Shown: positions 8,809 through 16,670 of the stretch, in pieces
Layout: each line of letters starts with the position of its first letter
Position numbering within the stretch: the stretch's first letter is position 1
Assembly: GCA_038320275.1 (NCBI GenBank)
Contig: JBBQEB010000080.1
Span: forward strand, 1 to 16,670
Length of the DNA: 16,670 nucleotides
Origin: Myxococcales bacterium
GTDB taxonomy: Bacteria; Myxococcota; Myxococcia; Myxococcales; Anaeromyxobacteraceae
Direction of reading: 5' to 3'
Translations under genes and position numbers: made by a program
The notes under the pieces: model-generated
Databases searched by the model: none
Told to the model about the DNA's origin: nothing
The model's input: only the letters and a program-made list of their open reading frames with translations

Positions 8809-10017
8809 CTATACTCGCTCCACCTGGTAGCCGCGTTCGCGGAGCGCGAGCAGGATCTCCTCGACGTGCTCCGGGCCCCGCGTCTCCAGGGTGAGCTGGA
8901 GCGAGGTGTCTCCGAAGCGGCTGGAGAAGGCGCGGGTGTGGTGGACCTCGATGACGTTCGCCCGGTGCGTCGCGATGACCGCCGACACCTTGGCGAGCTG
9001 GCCGGGCCTGTCCTGCAGGGCGATGACCACGCGGACCAGGCGTCCGTCCTTCACCAGGCCCCGCTCGATCACGCGGGCGACGACGTTCACGTCGATGTTC
9101 CCGCCGGAGACGACGGTCACCACGCGCTTGCCCTCGATCCCGCGCAGCTTCCGGTTGGTGAGCACCGCCACCCCGACCGCGCCGGCGCCCTCCGCGACCG
9201 TCTTCTCCTTCTCCAGGAGGTAGAGGATGGCGCTCGCCACCTCCTCCTCGGTGACCGTCACGAGCTCGTCCACCAGCGCGCGGACGTGCTCGAAGGTGAG
9301 CTCCCCCGCGCGCTTCACCGCGATGCCGTCGGCAAGGGTGGTTGCGGCCTCCACGGTCACCACCCGTCCGGCGTCGAGCGAGGCGATCATGGAGGGAAGG
9401 GCCTCCGTCTCCACCCCCACCACCCTGACCCCGGGCGCCGCCCCTTTGAGCGCCGCGGCCATCCCCGACACGAGCCCGCCGCCGCCCACCGGCACCAGCA
9501 CCACCTCGACGTCGGGCACCTGCTCCAGGATCTCCAGCGCGACCGTGCCCTGGCCGGCGATGACCGCGGGGTCGTCGAAGGGATGGATGAGGGTCAGGCC
9601 TTCCACCTGTGCCAGACGGCAGGCCTCCGCGTACGCCTCGTCGTAGCTCGCGCCCTGGAGGATGACGCGCGCGCCATGGCCTCGCGTGTTGGCGATCTTG
9701 GTGAGCGGCGTCGTCTCTGGCATCACGATGGTGGCCGCGATCCCGAGCCGGGCCGCGTGGTACGCCACCGCTTGCGCGTGGTTTCCGGCACTCGCCGCGA
9801 TGAGCCCCCTGGCGCGCTCTTCCGGAGCCAGGGTGAGGAGCTTGTTGAGGGCGCCCCGCTCCTTGTAGGCCCCCGTCATCTGCAGGTTCTCGAGCTTGAG
9901 ATGAGCGTTGCATCCCGCCAGGCGGGACAAGGTCTCGCTGCGCGCGCAGGGGGACAGGTAGATGCGATCGGCGATGCGCTCCCGCGCCGCCTTCACGTCG
10001 TCCAGGGTGACCAGCAT
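8809..10017 (-). CDS. ilvA: Threonine ammonia-lyase with single C-terminal ACT domain (402 aa)
   Basis: KLENLQMTGAYKERGA (PLP lysine), ASAGNHAQ, HPFDD, VGGGGL, SGGNID, ACT motif DRPGQL; could equally be called tdcB-type. Confidence 0.92.
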   Translation of the reverse strand: MLVTLDDVKAARERIADRIYLSPCARSETLSRLAGCNAHLKLENLQMTGAYKERGALNKLLTLAPEERARGLIAASAGNHAQAVAYHAARLGIAATIVMPETTPLTKIANTRGHGARVILQGASYDEAYAEACRLAQVEGLTLIHPFDDPAVIAGQGTVALEILEQVPDVEVVLVPVGGGGLVSGMAAALKGAAPGVRVVGVETEALPSMIASLDAGRVVTVEAATTLADGIAVKRAGELTFEHVRALVDELVTVTEEEVASAILYLLEKEKTVAEGAGAVGVAVLTNRKLRGIEGKRVVTVVSGGNIDVNVVARVIERGLVKDGRLVRVVIALQDRPGQLAKVSAVIATHRANVIEVHHTRAFSSRFGDTSLQLTLETRGPEHVEEILLALRERGYQVERV

Positions 10018-10174
10018 GGAACGGCCGACCCTAGTGCCGCGCCTCGCGAAAGTCGATGGAGCCACCGGGACGCGCAGCACTCGCGCAGAGAGCTCGCGAG
10101 CGGTTCCAACTCACCGGGCACCGTGCGAAGGATAGGGCGGCGCCGGCCCGGCAGACCTCCCGGGCCCGCTCACC

Positions 10175-10696
10175 TCATCGCGTCTCCAGCCTCCGGGCGA
10201 GCTCCACGCGGTTGCGGACGCCCAGCTTGTCGAAGATGGTCTTGAGATGGCTCTTCACGGTCTGTGAAGCGATGCCCAGCCGCTCGGCGACCTCGCGCGA
10301 GCGCAGCCCGTCGGCCACGAGCAGCGCCACCTCCCGCTCGCGCTGGGTGAGCCCGTCCGCCGCGGCCTGTGGCAGGGCGGGGGGATCGCCAGCGGGAAGG
10401 ACCGCGGCGGGCACACCCTCGCGCCAGAGGTGAAGCTGCGTGCGCCCCTTGCCGACCGCGGTGACCTCGATGCGCAGCCGCTCGCCGATCCGCTCCATGG
10501 TGAGACAGCGGCGGATGCCAGGCGAGCCGCCCTGAGCGCCCTCCGCCAGCCCGCGCAGCTCGGAGGGCAAGTTGCCTCCGTCGGCCGCCTCCAGCCAGAA
10601 GGCGCGCAGGATCTCCTCCGCCTGGCGATCGCACTCGAGGTGAAGATTGGGATTGCAGTACGCAGAGGCGCCGCGGGGCTGCGAAGCGCGAGACAT
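10175..10696 (-). CDS. LuxR-type HTH transcriptional regulator with unassigned N-terminal domain
   Basis: LTQREREVALLVADGLRSREVAERLGIASQTVKSHLKTIFDKLGVRNRVEL; start 10696, 10705 or 10708. Confidence 0.88.
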   Translation of the reverse strand: MSRASQPRGASAYCNPNLHLECDRQAEEILRAFWLEAADGGNLPSELRGLAEGAQGGSPGIRRCLTMERIGERLRIEVTAVGKGRTQLHLWREGVPAAVLPAGDPPALPQAAADGLTQREREVALLVADGLRSREVAERLGIASQTVKSHLKTIFDKLGVRNRVELARRLETR

Positions 10697-10847
10697 CGCT
10701 CTCATCATGGGGGGACCCCTCGTGTGGCGGCGCGGCTTCCGCCACCGTACGAAAGGGGCTCCAGAGGCGATACGTGAATTTTGGGGGCTGCCGCACCCTC
10801 GCCAGAAGTACGCGCCACCCTTGTACTTTCAGCAAAGGAGCCGCCCT

Positions 10848-14546
<3,699 letters not shown>

Positions 14547-14817
14547 GGCTGGGCGCTCCGGGAAGGGAGAGCTTCATAGCAGGAGGGTCCGACGGGCTGC
14601 CAGGCTGGGTCACGGCTCGGCCATGGCACGCCTCTCCCCGAGCGAAAAGAACAGCCCCGAGCGCAGAGGCCTGCCGCGGACGGCGAGGTGGGACGGGTGC
14701 GCGGAGCAGCCCCTCGAGCTGGCCGCACGAGGGCGCAGCGCTCGAGGTGGGCCGCGTCGACCCTTTAGCCTGAAGTTCCGTTAGTTCCCAGACCTTGTAG
14801 AGCCAGGGAAGTCCATG

Positions 14818-14904
14818 CGGCGCAGCGCTTCGGCGCTGCGCCGTTATCATAACGGGCTGCAGAATGTAGCCATGTAACATGCAGCTACATGCTTGCAAAG
14901 CATG
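14818..14904. repeat. Cluster of inverted repeats upstream of the transposase
   Basis: 11-bp perfect stem with TTCG loop (14818-14843); CCGTTAT-c-ATAACGG (14841-14855); ATGTAGC...GCTACAT (14864-14890); CATGCTT-gca-AAGCATG (14888-14904). Confidence 0.85.
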
Positions 14905-14927
14905 GCGAGTAAGTGTTACGGTGGTCC

Positions 14928-16634
14928 ATGCACGTCGATGTCGTGCCCAACCGAGGCTCCCGTCCCGCCTACCTGCTCCGGGAGTCCTTTCGCGACGGCG
15001 GCAAGGTGCGCAAGCGCACGCTCGCCAATCTCTCGTCGCTCACCGACGCGCAGATCGATGCGATCCGCCGCGTGCTGCACGGTGAACGCCTCGCCCCGGC
15101 CAGCGAGCTCTTCGAGGTCACCGCCTCGCGCATCCACGGCGACACCCACGCCGTGCTCACGGCCATGAAGCGGATGGGCTTCCGAGAGTTGCTATCGTCC
15201 CGGCCGTCCTGGGAGGCCGAGGTCATCATGGGTGTGGTGGCGAGCCGGATCGTGGCCCCTCACACCAAGCTCGCAACCGCGCGCTGGTGGCACACGCGCA
15301 CGCTCCCGCAGGACCTACGCATCGAGCACGCCACCGAAGACGACCTGTACCAGGCTATGGACTGGCTCCTCGCGCGCCAGCCGGTGATCGAGAAGAAGCT
15401 CGCGGCGCGTCACCTGACGGACGGAGGTCTGGCGCTGTACGACCTCACCTCCAGCTACTTCGAGGGCAAGACCTGTCCTCTCGCCCGCATCGGGCACAAT
15501 CGAGACGGCAAGAAGAACAAGCTCCAGGTCAACTACGGTCTGTTGACCGATCGTCGTGGATGCCCTGTCGCCGTGTCGGTCTACGAGGGCAACACCGGAG
15601 ACGCCAAAACGCTGATGCCGCAGGTATCGAAGCTCAAGACCGACTTCGCTCTCGACCGCGTGGTGCTGGTCGGTGATCGCGGGATGATCGGGCAGGCGGC
15701 CATCGAGGACCTGCGTGCGGTGGCTGGGCTCGAGTGGATCACGGCGCTCAAGAGCGGGCAGATCCGGGCGCTGCTGGAGGGTGGAGCGCTGCAGCTCGGC
15801 CTCTTCGACAAGAGGAACCTCTTCGAGCTCACGCATCCGGACTTCCCTGACGAGCGCCTGGTGGCGTGCCGCAACCCGGAGCTCGGCCGGCTCCGCGCGC
15901 ACAAGCGCCAAGCGCTGCTCGACGCAACCGCGGGAGAACTGGAGAAGGTCCGCGCGATGGTCGAGCGCAGAACTCTACGCGGCGCTGGCAAGATCGGGCT
16001 GCGAGCCGGACGCGTCGTCAACAAGTACAAGGTGGCGAAGCACTTCCAGCTCACCATCACGGACACCCGCTTCGACTTCGCGGTCCGCAAGGACGAGGTC
16101 GCCGCCGAGGCCGCACTCGACGGCATCTACGTGATCCGCACCAGTCTCGCCAAGAGCGAGATGAGCACACCGGACGCGGTTCGCAGCTACAAGGCGCTGA
16201 GTCAGGTCGAGCGCGCCTTCCGCACCCTCAAGACCCTCGACCTCGAAGTGCGGCCCATCCACCACCGCCTCGCCGACCGGGTGCGCGCCCACATCTTCCT
16301 CTGCATGCTCGCCTACTACGTCGAATGGCACATGCGCGAGACTTGGCGGCCCTTGCTCTTTGCAGATGAGGACCTTGCGGCGAAGGCCGAGCGAGACCCG
16401 GTCGCGCCCGCGAAGCGATCCGCGGCCGCCGGCGAGAAGACCACCACCAAGCGCCTCGCCGACGGTACGCCCGCGCACAGCTTCCGCACCCTCGTCGAAT
16501 CGCTCTCGACCATCGTCCGCAACACCTGCCGCGCGCCCGGATCGCCGACCCATACGCCGGGCTTCACCGTGGTGACGACCCCCGACCCCGCGCAGCAGCG
16601 CGCCATGGATCTCCTGGAGCGACTCGCCCTGTAG
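14928..16634 (+). CDS. IS1634-family DDE transposase (568 aa), apparently intact
   Basis: N-terminal LLRESFRDGGKVRKRTLANLS; DDE candidates YDLTSSYFEG, VGDRGMI, VERAFRTLK; RPIHHRLADRVRAHIFLCMLAYY. Confidence 0.9.
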   Translation: MHVDVVPNRGSRPAYLLRESFRDGGKVRKRTLANLSSLTDAQIDAIRRVLHGERLAPASELFEVTASRIHGDTHAVLTAMKRMGFRELLSSRPSWEAEVIMGVVASRIVAPHTKLATARWWHTRTLPQDLRIEHATEDDLYQAMDWLLARQPVIEKKLAARHLTDGGLALYDLTSSYFEGKTCPLARIGHNRDGKKNKLQVNYGLLTDRRGCPVAVSVYEGNTGDAKTLMPQVSKLKTDFALDRVVLVGDRGMIGQAAIEDLRAVAGLEWITALKSGQIRALLEGGALQLGLFDKRNLFELTHPDFPDERLVACRNPELGRLRAHKRQALLDATAGELEKVRAMVERRTLRGAGKIGLRAGRVVNKYKVAKHFQLTITDTRFDFAVRKDEVAAEAALDGIYVIRTSLAKSEMSTPDAVRSYKALSQVERAFRTLKTLDLEVRPIHHRLADRVRAHIFLCMLAYYVEWHMRETWRPLLFADEDLAAKAERDPVAPAKRSAAAGEKTTTKRLADGTPAHSFRTLVESLSTIVRNTCRAPGSPTHTPGFTVVTTPDPAQQRAMDLLERLAL

Positions 16635-16670
16635 CCAGACGAGCCGCACCTCCACCTTGACCAACCGCCC

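Larger units (their letters stand above)
14766..16670 (+). mobile_element. IS1634-family insertion sequence (right end outside window; left boundary approximate)
   Basis: Transposase plus about 160 nt of AT-richer, palindrome-rich flank beginning near TAGCCTGAAGTTCC; terminal IR and target duplication cannot be confirmed here. Confidence 0.7.

Noticed and set aside
14766..16670. RNA-guided IS (IS110, IS200/605, TnpB/IscB)
   Set aside because: The protein has IS1634-like DDE motifs and no DEDD, HUH or RuvC signatures that I can recognise.

Overview
Very GC-rich chromosomal segment whose gene content and regulatory motifs suggest an Anaeromyxobacter/Myxococcota-like delta-proteobacterium (inference). 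Left to right: the 5' part of a TonB-dependent receptor gene (minus, runs off the window) behind a cobalamin riboswitch; a sigma54-preceded two-gene unit (84-aa conserved hypothetical protein overlapping a ComEA-like HhH protein); a DUF3467-like gene; an alpha/beta hydrolase plus glpK; radA divergent from bioB-bioF-DUF2905 with a BirA operator between them; threonine ammonia-lyase; a LuxR-type regulator; dnaE; and an IS1634-like element whose right end is outside the window. Most of this is housekeeping. The best leads are the sigma54/putative ssDNA-binding protein/ComEA module, an apparent 'type II' BioB, repeated signs of leaderless transcription, a riboswitch variant with an odd start region, and the densely palindromic IS left end. 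No CRISPR, tRNA or rRNA was seen. All family calls are from motif recognition by eye, not database searches.
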